From positions 1 through 64,000 of IMG/VR virus record IMGVR_UViG_3300005253_000004: a DNA stretch of 64,000 bases; one strand, given 5' to 3'. Positions 17,415 to 28,429 of the stretch are shown one piece after another. Positions within the stretch are counted from its first letter, which is position 1; every line of letters starts with the position of its first letter. The position numbers were made by a program, and so were the translations under genes. Origin of the DNA: a virus. The notes below the pieces were generated by a model that saw only the letters and a list, made by a program, of their open reading frames with translations, had not been told where the DNA came from and ran no database searches.

Positions 17415-18460
17415 TGGGTCGCGTACAGTCCCTCGCTACTCAGACCGAAGTACGGCTTCGGAAATGGCCCGCTGGCAGGGTGTCTCAACTCAAGTTGTTT
17501 CTTGGTCACCTTGAGCAGGCCGTGGGTATATCCCTTGCCGCTCAAGTACAGCAGTCTCCTAAACGTACGTTTTCTGAGTTCGTGCCTAAGATCGTATCGC
17601 AGGATATCACAACTGCGGTGTCGTTCAAAGAGATCAGGGTGAGTTTTGAGACTCCTAAAGGGATCAAGAACCTCTTATTCTATGAGTATCAACTCAGTGC
17701 TACAGAAGGGTTCTTCAACTTCGACCAGTTCCAATCGCCCGAGACTACGTACATCTGGCCGGGCTTAGATGAAGGAACACAGTACTTCTTAAGGATTAGG
17801 ATAGTTACTAAGAACGGAGAGGTAGGACCTTGGTCTGATGCAGAAGACGTATCTACCCCGTTCTCTCAGTCGTACGGGCTCTATGACGGTAGTGAGTCAA
17901 CTACTAGGGTATCAGCCAAGAATAACAACCCGTGGACCCCTATCTTTGATAGAGACTACACAGCGATTGGAGGGAAGGCGTACTACGCTATTGACTTTGA
18001 AGTGAAGGTAGCAAGAGATTGGTCTTTCTCTACTGCGAAAGAGAATCAAGGAAACGTAGAGTGGACAGACTGCGAGTTCAGATGGATGGAAAACGTAGGG
18101 GCAACAGGGGAAACCTCTGATTATGTACAAAAAGGCCGACAATTCTTTGCTACTGCGTATGCTACCAACAGCAACTTCGGAATATCTGGCTTCTATGCTT
18201 TTAGTGTTGGTGTCGAAGAGTTCTATTCACCTCTAGTCTCACCGGGAGCGTGGGAGTGCCCAAGAAGAGGGACCTTCGTACAGAAGTTCTCGACAATGCA
18301 AGGAGGCGATTACGGGTTACGGCTTGAAGGAAGGGTCATGTCTTCTCCTAACAGAGCCAATGCATTCTATCCAATTGACTTTCGAACTAAGTTCCAATAC
18401 GAAAGTGATGCCATTGTGAAAGTCAAGAACTTTAATATCTTTGAATCATTGGTGACGTAA
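17414..18460 (+). CDS. FN3-domain tail/appendage protein C1
   Basis: Helical N-terminus then FN3 (YEYQLS..PGLDEGTQYFLRIR..GEVGPWS). Confidence 0.75.
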   Translation: MGRVQSLATQTEVRLRKWPAGRVSQLKLFLGHLEQAVGISLAAQVQQSPKRTFSEFVPKIVSQDITTAVSFKEIRVSFETPKGIKNLLFYEYQLSATEGFFNFDQFQSPETTYIWPGLDEGTQYFLRIRIVTKNGEVGPWSDAEDVSTPFSQSYGLYDGSESTTRVSAKNNNPWTPIFDRDYTAIGGKAYYAIDFEVKVARDWSFSTAKENQGNVEWTDCEFRWMENVGATGETSDYVQKGRQFFATAYATNSNFGISGFYAFSVGVEEFYSPLVSPGAWECPRRGTFVQKFSTMQGGDYGLRLEGRVMSSPNRANAFYPIDFRTKFQYESDAIVKVKNFNIFESLVT

Positions 18461-19341
18461 TGGCTGGAGAATTCTTAGGTAGCTTCTCAAAGTTCTTCAC
18501 TAACCTAACCAAGTCTCAGCGCCAGGAGCTGGACCGTGCGTTTGCGGACTTGCAGAATATGAAAGAAATGACTAGCTTAGACGAGTCGCTCAGACTGCTG
18601 AAGCGTAAGCCAGATCAGAGCCTACCGATTCCACAACTAACCTCTAGTGAATCGATACAAGGTGCAATCATTACTTGGCCTTCGCTGAACGATCAAAGGA
18701 TTAACTTCTATGAAGCGCACGTCTCGACGTTCAGTAACTTCTCAGCGTTCACTACAGTTACTACGTTTGGGCAAGACATTGTGCTTGAAGGGCTACAGTC
18801 GGCAAGGCATATTAGAGTGCGCGGAGTTAGACGAGACGGTACGACTACCCCGTTCTCAGAAGTACTAACTGTAAACCCTCAACTGTTTGAGGTAAGAGCG
18901 CATAGTGCTGAGAGCTTCTATACTACGTTAGAAGTAGACACAGCACACACAATCCTGGGTGGATTGGGAACGGACTTGCAGTACACACCGCTTAACCCCG
19001 GTGGTACTAGCATGGTATGGGGCTTTCTAACAGGGTACGCGGACCCTGCGTGTGCTTTCATTGGTGATGGAAAGATACAAGCCTCGGTATGGGTGGCTAT
19101 CTACGATAGTCAAGGTAGTTTGATAAGCGACACTGAGTATGAGCGCCTCACATTCGGAGAAAACTACAACTCCTTGAACATAGGACCCTTCCCTGTGGAG
19201 CACCCAGACTCTGGTTCGTCCGTAGTGGTAAGGGTGGTCGCGTGGGACCTGACAACAACTGAAATCGGTGGTGTGAGAAACGCTGACTCTACATTGATTG
19301 AGTGGTGCCACCTTAATGTACTTGAAGCGGGAGCAGGATAA
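18460..19341 (+). CDS. FN3-domain tail/appendage protein C2
   Basis: Helical N-terminus then FN3 (ITWP..FYEAHVS..LEGL..IRVRGV..GTTTPFS). Confidence 0.75.
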   Translation: MAGEFLGSFSKFFTNLTKSQRQELDRAFADLQNMKEMTSLDESLRLLKRKPDQSLPIPQLTSSESIQGAIITWPSLNDQRINFYEAHVSTFSNFSAFTTVTTFGQDIVLEGLQSARHIRVRGVRRDGTTTPFSEVLTVNPQLFEVRAHSAESFYTTLEVDTAHTILGGLGTDLQYTPLNPGGTSMVWGFLTGYADPACAFIGDGKIQASVWVAIYDSQGSLISDTEYERLTFGENYNSLNIGPFPVEHPDSGSSVVVRVVAWDLTTTEIGGVRNADSTLIEWCHLNVLEAGAG

Positions 19342-22028
19342 TGGCTAGACGAAGAAACGCAATCTTTCATAGATTCAGCAGGATGCGAGGGCTTCCGCCC
19401 GACGAGAAGATGTTGCTGCAAAGAATCGGAAACCTAATGGATGCCGCTCTCAACAACAGACAAGCGTCCAATCCATTCGAACCCTCTAAGAATAAGCTTC
19501 ATCGATTATTGTATCCCCCGACGGGTCTAGTGGCCCATACAGGGTTCCAGACGCTGAAGCTGACGTGGACTGCTCCTGACTCAGACCAACACCTACGCTA
19601 TGAGATAACGATCACAAATACTGAGACTGGTGTATCTGAAACCAAGTCAACCTACACCAACGAACTGAGGTACAAGAACGTAAATGGGTCCTATACAGCA
19701 ACTGTCAAATCCGTAGGTCGGAACGGGTCTTCCTCTACTATCCAAACGATTACTTTCAACATGGGGGGGAGCCTCATGCAGATTGAAGGCAACAAAAACG
19801 GCCCAACATCATTAGGTACCATGGTTCAAGACCAGATAACCATGTTTGACGGATACAGTGTTTACGCGTGGGGTTCTGTAGTTCTGGACAAGTACATAGC
19901 AGGGTTTAGTAATGAACCCGCAGTGTTCCGTCTTTGGAGTATGGAGGGCGCAAACCAAACATTCGACGCCGATGTGGCAGAATTGCAACAGACGATCACG
20001 TTGTACCCTGCAACAGAGTCTTTCGCTAACCTCGACGATCAAGCACACGGTGCAGGGATTGAACGACCGGTCCCTGTAGGGACCAGTCGGCCCGGTAGCT
20101 TCGAAACTAGCCAATCAGTCATGTTCTCCCCTATCGCGATCAGTACTACTGAAGAGAATGTGACGTTCACCTTCTTTCTACAAGCACTAGGTCGGACAGT
20201 AGAACAAGATGAGGTAAACCTCTCACTTGTCCTATGGGGTGGGTTCGATGGTCTTGGAGACAACGTCCCTCAAGATCCCTGGGTACCTAGCGAATATGTG
20301 TTTCCGCACCTCAACTCTCTTAGACTCTGGCGAAGAGAGGTGGCGCCCAGTCCTAATTTCGATACAGTCATCAGGGGTAGCTGGTATTTAGCTCAGCAGC
20401 CAAAGGAATTCAATATCATAGACAACGCATGGACTCTAGCATTCTGGGTGCGGCTAGAGACCGAACATGTTACACCTATGGTAGACGCAAGTACCGAGGA
20501 GAATGGTAAGCTAGCAGCCATCAATACCATATTTGCTAGGCAGTCTTACGACGCCGATGGTACCGTCTGGAATGAGAACGCAATTAGGATTGCGTTAACT
20601 GCAGTTAGAGATACCCAAACCGGTCTACTGTATCAGTACGTCGATGCCGGTGTGTGGGATAAAACTGGTACCGCTATTACAATAAACGCAAGGTTCTGGA
20701 ACGAGACTTTTGGGGATCATGACCCACCTGACAAAGACGACGCTTCTTATTTGTGGGGTACGAGCTTCCCTGAGAATTCCCAAAACAACGGCTGGCAGTT
20801 CATTGTTATCTGTTTTGAAGGAGGGCCCCAAGGAGCCGATGGTGAGCCGGGGGAAGGTACTGACCTGACACCCAAGCTAAGAATATACTCCAACAACAGG
20901 TTGGTTGATCCAGCCGCCGAAGAAGACAGGTTCATACCACCGAATATGATGTGCTGTTTGAACCAACGTGTCGCTGACGGAGCTTTGAATACAAAGCAGA
21001 CCACACCCGCTCACTTGCTTAAAGAACTAAACCAAGACCTGACTAACGACTACGTTTACTCCATTGGATCAAGCGGCGGGGCCGAGCCGTTCTACAACGT
21101 AGGTGTTTATAAAGGCGACGATCACAGAATAGACAACGGAACCTTTACAATCCACCAAATGGGGATGTGGAACGTAGCCCTTGACAACTGGGATGGCATG
21201 GGGTTCAACCCAGGTGTCGCTGAACAAAGAGACAGTAGCCCGTGGTATGCTGTGCCTTATCATCTCACTGGTGGCGTGCCTGATAAAAACCCCACACACA
21301 CTGACGGAAGACAGAATACGTTTTTCGGTACCTCTCTGACTGCCATCCATTATCTGTTTAACCAAGGGTTCGGGACAGACATTGATTGGAAGAAGAATTC
21401 AAATACCAGAATTGATGGAGCCAAAGAATACATATTTGCTGAGAACTTAGTACACCTTTGGCAATTTGGAGCGATTGCTGACGAGTTTAGCACCACGGCA
21501 CGAACACTTAGAGACACTGGGAACCATCTACTTGGCGGGGGTATAAACTTCCTTAGAACTATCACATCTGGAACTCAAGCAGGTAAGAGTTCCAACGCAT
21601 GGTCAGAAGATGTTAAGTTGTCTGACGTTATTTCTCCTGTTAGATCCTATTTTACCGATCAACATCTAAACGCGAGCCAGACAGTCAAAGATAGGCTACC
21701 CCCGCTAGAATACGCAGCCACAGACGGCAGGCCGAACTGGACTGCTCAAAACGGGATCGTCCAGCCAGTAGGGCATGTCAACGGAGCAGGGTACCCTGAC
21801 GCCGGTACTACAGCCACGAAACACGGCTACCCTGGGCATTCTTATATGCATTCTGAGGTTGTTGATGGGGTAATCGTAGCATGGAGACGACCAAACGTCA
21901 CCAACGGAGTGCTAGATGAACCTAAAACTTATGGGCCTGTCTATGCCGCATGGAGTCTAGGAACCGATATCTTGCCTGACGGACCCTTCGGTGCTGAGAC
22001 GTTGAATGGTATAAGCGCTTGGCCGTGA
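19341..22028 (+). CDS. FN3 plus LamG/concanavalin-like receptor-binding protein C3
   Basis: 895 aa; FN3 (PPTGL..LTWTAP..YEIT..YTATVKSV) and LamG-like WTLAFWVR..GWQFIVI..IHQMGMWNVAL..LVHLWQF. Confidence 0.75.
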   Translation: MARRRNAIFHRFSRMRGLPPDEKMLLQRIGNLMDAALNNRQASNPFEPSKNKLHRLLYPPTGLVAHTGFQTLKLTWTAPDSDQHLRYEITITNTETGVSETKSTYTNELRYKNVNGSYTATVKSVGRNGSSSTIQTITFNMGGSLMQIEGNKNGPTSLGTMVQDQITMFDGYSVYAWGSVVLDKYIAGFSNEPAVFRLWSMEGANQTFDADVAELQQTITLYPATESFANLDDQAHGAGIERPVPVGTSRPGSFETSQSVMFSPIAISTTEENVTFTFFLQALGRTVEQDEVNLSLVLWGGFDGLGDNVPQDPWVPSEYVFPHLNSLRLWRREVAPSPNFDTVIRGSWYLAQQPKEFNIIDNAWTLAFWVRLETEHVTPMVDASTEENGKLAAINTIFARQSYDADGTVWNENAIRIALTAVRDTQTGLLYQYVDAGVWDKTGTAITINARFWNETFGDHDPPDKDDASYLWGTSFPENSQNNGWQFIVICFEGGPQGADGEPGEGTDLTPKLRIYSNNRLVDPAAEEDRFIPPNMMCCLNQRVADGALNTKQTTPAHLLKELNQDLTNDYVYSIGSSGGAEPFYNVGVYKGDDHRIDNGTFTIHQMGMWNVALDNWDGMGFNPGVAEQRDSSPWYAVPYHLTGGVPDKNPTHTDGRQNTFFGTSLTAIHYLFNQGFGTDIDWKKNSNTRIDGAKEYIFAENLVHLWQFGAIADEFSTTARTLRDTGNHLLGGGINFLRTITSGTQAGKSSNAWSEDVKLSDVISPVRSYFTDQHLNASQTVKDRLPPLEYAATDGRPNWTAQNGIVQPVGHVNGAGYPDAGTTATKHGYPGHSYMHSEVVDGVIVAWRRPNVTNGVLDEPKTYGPVYAAWSLGTDILPDGPFGAETLNGISAWP

Positions 22029-22029
22029 T

Positions 22030-22058
22030 TTGCAAATTAGTGAGGAATTTCCTATAAT
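22030..22058 (+). promoter_or_regulatory. Sigma70-type promoter for the ejection-protein operon
   Basis: TTGCAA-17 nt-TATAAT with ATTTCC before -10. Confidence 0.85.
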
Positions 22059-22093
22059 TATGTAGGAGTATGCGCTTTATTTAGAGAGGTAAC

Positions 22094-23290
22094 ATGGGAA
22101 TATCATTATTTTCCAATAAGAAAGGCATTAAAAAAGCCGAGCAGGCGGCTGGAGCCATACAGCACACCGCCATAGCCTCCATGGAAGCTGTCGATAGAGA
22201 GCGAGCCCGGGGTATTGCTGGTGAGCAGGCTAAAGCTGCTGTCTTCGGGCTCCTAGGGTCCGATCCTAATGCCTTTACTAGCGAGTTCACAAACACCAAA
22301 AACGTTGATGACCCTACCAGTCTATTCGACACCAGTGGTGTGGGGCTCTCGCAACCAAACCAAGCCCTTTACAAATTCGGTCCGACAGACCCTGGTAAGA
22401 AGCAGCTCCTAGGCACAGCCAGAGAGGGTATCCTTGACCCCGAAGCGTATGCTGCGGCCATCTCCAAGACAGCCTCCTTCCGAATTCAAAGCCAGCGCGT
22501 CCGCGAGTCCGAAGAACTCCTCAACCAAGAGGGCCCTGCGTGGGATATGCTGTCGAACTCCGTCCTCGGTGTCATAAACGAAGGGTCAGCCCTCCAGCTC
22601 AGGGACACCATGCGAAAGCTGAAGAACCAATACGCTAAAGGCGGAACGGCACGACGAACTGCCATGTTCGAAGCTAACGAACTGATAGCAGGTGAGCGAG
22701 CCATGCGTACCCGTGTACAGGAAACATGGCAAGCCAACCTCGCACTCTATGATTCGGTTAGGCAGAACGCTGATCGTGTAGCAGCAGGAACCGCGACCTT
22801 CATGGCCGGGTTGCCTTTAGTGAATGACTCATATCGTGACGCTATGCAGCGCACGGCGCAATTACAAATCATGGCTTCTCAACAGGCCCAGTCTGCTATT
22901 GCGGAGTCGTATGATATTAGGATGACACAACAACCCGTCGACTTCCTTACAAACTTCCTTGAAGGTACAGTCAAACTCGTAGCCTCTGTTGCTGGTACCG
23001 CTCTTGACTCCTATCTCGGAGGCGGCGCGGGAGCGGGAGTGGGAGTGGGTGGAGCAGGTGGTGGTGGTACTTCAGCGGGGGGTGCTTTAGTTAACATGTT
23101 TTCGGGCCGTGAAAACGCTGGCTACACTCCAAGGAGCGGGGCTAGTTATGGTTATAGGGGTGGCGGGGCCAATGACTTTGGAGGTTCGCTTATGAACCTC
23201 GCAGGAACCTCCTTGAAGGCCGGTCTTGAGTACATGAATAGTTACAGAGACCCCGACGAATCTGATAGCTGGTCAATAGATAGAGGATAA
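22094..23290 (+). CDS. Internal virion/DNA-ejection protein 1
   Basis: 398 aa A/Q-rich helical with Gly-rich hydrophobic C-terminus; follows tail genes. Confidence 0.65.
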   Translation: MGISLFSNKKGIKKAEQAAGAIQHTAIASMEAVDRERARGIAGEQAKAAVFGLLGSDPNAFTSEFTNTKNVDDPTSLFDTSGVGLSQPNQALYKFGPTDPGKKQLLGTAREGILDPEAYAAAISKTASFRIQSQRVRESEELLNQEGPAWDMLSNSVLGVINEGSALQLRDTMRKLKNQYAKGGTARRTAMFEANELIAGERAMRTRVQETWQANLALYDSVRQNADRVAAGTATFMAGLPLVNDSYRDAMQRTAQLQIMASQQAQSAIAESYDIRMTQQPVDFLTNFLEGTVKLVASVAGTALDSYLGGGAGAGVGVGGAGGGGTSAGGALVNMFSGRENAGYTPRSGASYGYRGGGANDFGGSLMNLAGTSLKAGLEYMNSYRDPDESDSWSIDRG

Positions 23291-23299
23291 GGAGCTATA

Positions 23300-24829
23300 G
23301 TGGCTGAGTACAATGAAGAGAATACTAGAGGTGGTAAAACTGGTGTGGCTATTCGTAAGGCGATCAACAGTGGTGCCTCCCGAGGGCTTAGTAGCGCGCT
23401 AGTAGGGAGTGCTTACAGATCCTTTGGCAAAGCCTTCGACGGCGGTGGTTATACCCCCCGAGGAGCGCGTCCTGATACCTCTTACTTAAACAACTGGGAA
23501 GAAGCAGGGAACCGAGCACAAAAAGCTCTTGAAGACAGGTGGCATAAGAGCGAGTTCGCCAACTTTAGAAAGAATCACCTTGACAAGTTCCAAGCCGAAC
23601 TGAAAAACATAGAGGAGAAATCAAGTTTTCTAACTCAAGAACTTCAAGAAGGGCGGTGGCCTACATCTGACGGCGGTATAGAAGAATTGGATTACAAAAT
23701 CCCGGAGCAGAGAACGAAGGCGATCCGCTTGAGAAATCATATTCAGTCAGAAGCAATCCGCCAAATAACAGAACTACAGATCAACTTGAATAACGTAGCA
23801 GCAGAGAAATACTCGACCAATCCTATCATCGATCTCATGATCCAGCAAATGATGGAGAATCAGACACAGGCTATGTCAGCACAGTTCCAGACGCCTGGAC
23901 CTCAGCAGCAAGCGGAGCAGCAAATGAAACTCGACACCGGGGAAGCTGACATCAAGTACAAGCAAGCACTCACCCGTCAAGCTGATGTGCAGTCAGAAAG
24001 AACTGGTGGCAAGTACAAGTCCACTGACGCTGTCATACGTGACATGGGTCCAGCACAGGCTGCTAGATACTTTGCTAATAACGTAGAGGGTAAGGCGCTG
24101 TTGGAGCAGACGGAGTTCCCTGGTTTTATGTCTAAGTTGGAGCAGCAAACTGCTGACGGCTACATTAAGAGACAGAAATGGAATTCACAAGAAGCAAGGA
24201 TAGAAGCCAACACAGCAGCGACCCAAGACTTTGTACAGTCAGAGCTGCCTAGAATACGTCAACGAGCAACATATGAGTGGATGAAGCAAGAATACGGTCA
24301 AGACGCTGCTGATGCGGCGGCGGCGGGTCGTCCTGGTATGCTTGAGGATATCGCGCCCCCGTTTAACTACGATGTCAAGACCAATCCTACTAAGGAAGAA
24401 ACAAAAGAGAAGACAAACAGATGGGATGCTCTTGGTGTGCAAAAAGCCAACGAACAAATGGCAAGAGACCCTGGTATGTCAAAGAAAGAAGCGAAGGATT
24501 GGCTGATGGATGAATGGCTCCCTGAAGCTTTGGACGGAACCGACATCGCAGAAGGCGGTGCTTACCTTAAACAGTTTGACGGTCTAACCGCCGAAGAAGC
24601 TAACAAGGCAGCAGCGCCTTACATCACAGCCGTGCGTAAGTCTCTAGAAAAAGCCTTGAAGTGGATAGGTTCTGGTGCAGGGACCGAAGGGCTCCTGCCT
24701 GAGCAGAAGTCTCGACCCCAAGGTACACCTCGCCGGGGGCGCGGTGGTCTCGGTCGCCTAGTCAAAGGCTTGTATCCGCCAGACTTCAGAAAACAGTTTC
24801 CGCAGGGCGCCGAAGACACAAAGGAGTAG
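23300..24829 (+). CDS. Internal virion/DNA-ejection protein 2
   Basis: 509 aa Q/E/A-rich helical protein. Confidence 0.6.
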   Translation: MAEYNEENTRGGKTGVAIRKAINSGASRGLSSALVGSAYRSFGKAFDGGGYTPRGARPDTSYLNNWEEAGNRAQKALEDRWHKSEFANFRKNHLDKFQAELKNIEEKSSFLTQELQEGRWPTSDGGIEELDYKIPEQRTKAIRLRNHIQSEAIRQITELQINLNNVAAEKYSTNPIIDLMIQQMMENQTQAMSAQFQTPGPQQQAEQQMKLDTGEADIKYKQALTRQADVQSERTGGKYKSTDAVIRDMGPAQAARYFANNVEGKALLEQTEFPGFMSKLEQQTADGYIKRQKWNSQEARIEANTAATQDFVQSELPRIRQRATYEWMKQEYGQDAADAAAAGRPGMLEDIAPPFNYDVKTNPTKEETKEKTNRWDALGVQKANEQMARDPGMSKKEAKDWLMDEWLPEALDGTDIAEGGAYLKQFDGLTAEEANKAAAPYITAVRKSLEKALKWIGSGAGTEGLLPEQKSRPQGTPRRGRGGLGRLVKGLYPPDFRKQFPQGAEDTKE

Positions 24830-24832
24830 CCT

Positions 24833-27800
24833 GTGGCGTATGAACCCAACGCCGGGATCCTATCCTCCAAAAAGGAAGAAGAGGAAAGAACCTTGTCTCA
24901 ACGAGAGGCAGAAGGCAGTGCTCTCTTGTCTAAAAACACAGCCGTTCGAGGAAGGTCTCCTAAGACTCCAAGCGACAGCGGCATCGGATCCTCTGGTATC
25001 CTAGGCCCATCAGGTAAATCTGGTATCCTAGGTCCGTCGGGCGGTTCTGGTATCGGTGTACCTCCTGTTAGAAAGACCGTTGACATGTACAAAGTGGTGT
25101 CCCACCTCAGTAAGCCAGAGGAAGACAGCATCGGTGTTAAGACGCTGGACTTCCTGTTCGGCCCTGAAGCAGCAGTCATCGGCATCGCACACGACAGCAA
25201 GGGTTGGTCTTGGAGCGTGGACAACGCAAAGCAGCAGTGGTCCGAGCAGCCGGTGTGGATAAACGCCCTCGCCACCACCTCACTGGTAGGCACCATCATG
25301 TTACCTGCGGCCCTAGCCGTGAAGAGTACCTTCAAGGTAGGTAGAATGGCTACCAAACTGAAGGTTGGCACTGCCTTGGAGAAAGCGGAGATCGGTACGT
25401 GGAAAGACATGGGCATACTGAAGGATCAAAGGATCAACAAGTACGCCGACCTTGACGAAGATACCGTGATCATGCTACGGAAGCAAGAGGTCGCCGTCAA
25501 CCGCTACCAGAAGATGAAAGCCAGAGCAGAGAGAGCAGCCACCGACGAACCCCTCAACGCTTGGGAGAGGGTACAGCATGAGTTCGATAGAAGGTTCGCT
25601 CAAACCTACAACGCTCTGATCGACGACGCTGCTAACGGCGGTATCAAGAGCGAGTTCCATGAGATGCACGACAAGCTGTGGCAGAACGATACCATCGGTA
25701 CCATCCTCCGAGAGATGCCCACCGAGGCAGATAGCCCCGCTATCTACGCGTACCTCCTAGGTAGGATCACACCCGGTAAGGGGTTGAGTGCAGCAGCGAC
25801 AAAGCAGTATGGGAAGCTGTCTGTCAAGAATCAAAAATGGGCTGACTTCTACTATGAGGCAGCGAAGCGGCGACAGTCCGAGATGGTAAAGACCGGGTTT
25901 ATCTCCGAAGAAACGTTCAAGAACGTCGGCCCCGCTCACCTTCCTGCTACATACAAAGACACGCCAGGACTCGGTGATATCAGCCCCGTCACCACACACA
26001 TAGTGCCCATCAAACCCAAGCCTGGGAAGAAACGGGCGACAGGTATCATCGAGGAAGAGGGCAAGATCAAAGCCGTTGGCGAGTACCAGCAAGTAGCCAT
26101 TACGACACGCAACGAACCTAAACTGAGCAGCCCCACCCTGAAGCACCGGACAGGTACGCCTGAAGACATCTTTGAACGCCTCCAGTCAGGTGATATGGTC
26201 ACCGATATGGCCGACGTTACTATCAACGGGTACATGACTGATGGAATCCTGCATTCCAACTTCCAATTCATCACAGACATGATTACCAAACCAAACAGCA
26301 CCCTCTTTCAGCCTTCTGACCTCGCGAAAGCATCCGGGTTCGGCACCAGAAAGATGAAGAAGCTAGGCTATATGTCCCTGGAAAACGCTCCTGACGGTGC
26401 ATCTGCTATCCTCAGGCGCATGATTGCGAAGAAGACAGGGAAGGCAGAAGAAGCCCTCCCGTGGGTCAAGACCGATGTCTTCAATGAGATCTGGGGTGAG
26501 CGTGGCATGATGGCCCAGACCCAGCAGATCTCCCACTCCCTCATGGACGTCATGACCACGATCTACAAGACGATGAAGACAGCGGGATCCATCCCGACTC
26601 ACATCCAGAACCTCTCGGGTAACATGTCCTTCTTGGCTCAGGCTGGCTTCAACATAGCCTCACCTGAGAACGTCGCCCTCATGGGCCGGATGACTACAGC
26701 CTTCAACAAGATCGCTGAGATCAACAAGGTGGCCTCCGAGGCGGGTATGACGACGAGGGGCAAGCTATTCGACTCAGAAGGCCTCCTCAAGGGCATTGAT
26801 CTAGGTACAGAGGCTGGCTTCAAGGGCAGCAGGCTGAACCTAGCCGATGAATTCTTCGACCCCACAGTGCAGGAGCTGCTTGAGGCGTCGGCATTTGAAC
26901 AGATCGAGGGTTCGAGAGCATTGGAACGGATGGGGAAGGCCCTGTCCGATAAGCAGATCTTCACCAAGGGTGTGATCTCGGCTTACACGAAGTCGAAGGA
27001 CATCGCCCAGGTGGGTAATAGAGTGAAGTGGTTCGACCAACTGACCAAGGCGTACCTCGCTGAGGATATGGTCCCCAAGATGGCGTATTTCGTCCACCTC
27101 AGGGGCAAGGGCCTGTCAAGGCAATCAGCCGTCACAGAGGTGGCTAGAAGGCTCCCTATGTACGGAACTGTGGGGTCTGCTATCAAGCGTGGCCGTAAGT
27201 TCGCCTTCCCGTGGGCTACGTTCCCTGCTGAAGCTCTACGTATAACGAAGAACAACCTCCAAGACCACCCCCTCCGGATGATCCCGTGGCTGCGTGCGCC
27301 TCAAGTCATGCAATCGATGCTGAGTGGCATGGGTTTTGCAGGGGATCCGACAGAGGTGAGAGAGTCCAAGCGTCAGCTCCCCTTCTGGGCGCAGGCTCAC
27401 ACCACCCTGCTTGGAGAGGGGCGTGCTATCGCTGCTGTGGGTGGTGGTGGCACCGGTGCCTTGTTCGGTACGGCAGCAGGAGCCATACTGGGGAAGAGTG
27501 CCAAAGCTGCGTACGCTGGTGGGCTGGCTGGTGGTGCCTTCGGTGGGTTCCTTGCCGCCATGAACACGGATGAAGCGCACGCTAAGCAGATGCGCGGTGC
27601 GATGCTGGACTTCCTGCCCCATTCCACGTTCCTGATGACTACGAACGCCCCTGACTTCGGCGGCAACTACGCTCCGTGGCAGGATCTGCCCGGGCTGCTG
27701 GAACAGATGCCCGCTGAGCCCCTCGCCATCCTTAAGCCGATGATCTCTGCCTTCACAGGCGAGACTCCCTATGGTGAGCCTGCTGGTGATGGTACTATTG

Positions 27801-28429
27801 GAGGGGGTATCTCCAAGACTATCGCCGGTATGCTGGGCTTCTTGGCGCCTCCCATCCTTCAGAAGTACGGTCTGAAGATGTCAACGCCCGATGTGCCATT
27901 GTGGGGTGACCCGACAGGTGTTACCAACATATCCCGGTTCCTGATCGATACAGGTAACGCTATTGACCCGATGACAGGGCGACCCGGCAGCATGACCAAC
28001 GACTTCTGGATCAACAACTTCGGTGTCTTCAAGTCGTACGCTGCCACCGGTGAGCAACAGCTCGCCAACGAAAGCAAGACAGAGCAGCACATGTACAAGA
28101 TCCGGAAGCACCTCGCCAAGAACCTCGATTATCACCTCAACAAGGGCAACGAGAGAGAGATCGTGCAGATTCTGACAGAGATCCAAGGCTCGTTCGCTGA
28201 GCAGTTCCAGCACAGCCCGCTGGTGGCTCAGGAGAAGTACACCCGGTACCTGAAGGGGATCTCAGACAGGCTAGGGCAGCACCCGAAGCTGCGGCAGTGG
28301 TCCCAAGCAGACATCGAAGACAGACTAGAACAAGCAGGACAGTGGGCGGGTGAAGCCCGTAATCGAGCGCGTGAGGAGCTGTTGGAAGCTCTCCGCAAAG
28401 AGTACCTATTGAAAGGGAGAAATCGATGA
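24833..28429 (+). CDS. Large internal virion/DNA-ejection protein 3
   Basis: 1198 aa helical; glycine-zipper segment GGGGTGALFGTAAGAILG..GGLAGGAFGG; N-terminal SGILGPSG repeats. Confidence 0.7.
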   Translation: MAYEPNAGILSSKKEEEERTLSQREAEGSALLSKNTAVRGRSPKTPSDSGIGSSGILGPSGKSGILGPSGGSGIGVPPVRKTVDMYKVVSHLSKPEEDSIGVKTLDFLFGPEAAVIGIAHDSKGWSWSVDNAKQQWSEQPVWINALATTSLVGTIMLPAALAVKSTFKVGRMATKLKVGTALEKAEIGTWKDMGILKDQRINKYADLDEDTVIMLRKQEVAVNRYQKMKARAERAATDEPLNAWERVQHEFDRRFAQTYNALIDDAANGGIKSEFHEMHDKLWQNDTIGTILREMPTEADSPAIYAYLLGRITPGKGLSAAATKQYGKLSVKNQKWADFYYEAAKRRQSEMVKTGFISEETFKNVGPAHLPATYKDTPGLGDISPVTTHIVPIKPKPGKKRATGIIEEEGKIKAVGEYQQVAITTRNEPKLSSPTLKHRTGTPEDIFERLQSGDMVTDMADVTINGYMTDGILHSNFQFITDMITKPNSTLFQPSDLAKASGFGTRKMKKLGYMSLENAPDGASAILRRMIAKKTGKAEEALPWVKTDVFNEIWGERGMMAQTQQISHSLMDVMTTIYKTMKTAGSIPTHIQNLSGNMSFLAQAGFNIASPENVALMGRMTTAFNKIAEINKVASEAGMTTRGKLFDSEGLLKGIDLGTEAGFKGSRLNLADEFFDPTVQELLEASAFEQIEGSRALERMGKALSDKQIFTKGVISAYTKSKDIAQVGNRVKWFDQLTKAYLAEDMVPKMAYFVHLRGKGLSRQSAVTEVARRLPMYGTVGSAIKRGRKFAFPWATFPAEALRITKNNLQDHPLRMIPWLRAPQVMQSMLSGMGFAGDPTEVRESKRQLPFWAQAHTTLLGEGRAIAAVGGGGTGALFGTAAGAILGKSAKAAYAGGLAGGAFGGFLAAMNTDEAHAKQMRGAMLDFLPHSTFLMTTNAPDFGGNYAPWQDLPGLLEQMPAEPLAILKPMISAFTGETPYGEPAGDGTIGGGISKTIAGMLGFLAPPILQKYGLKMSTPDVPLWGDPTGVTNISRFLIDTGNAIDPMTGRPGSMTNDFWINNFGVFKSYAATGEQQLANESKTEQHMYKIRKHLAKNLDYHLNKGNEREIVQILTEIQGSFAEQFQHSPLVAQEKYTRYLKGISDRLGQHPKLRQWSQADIEDRLEQAGQWAGEARNRAREELLEALRKEYLLKGRNR

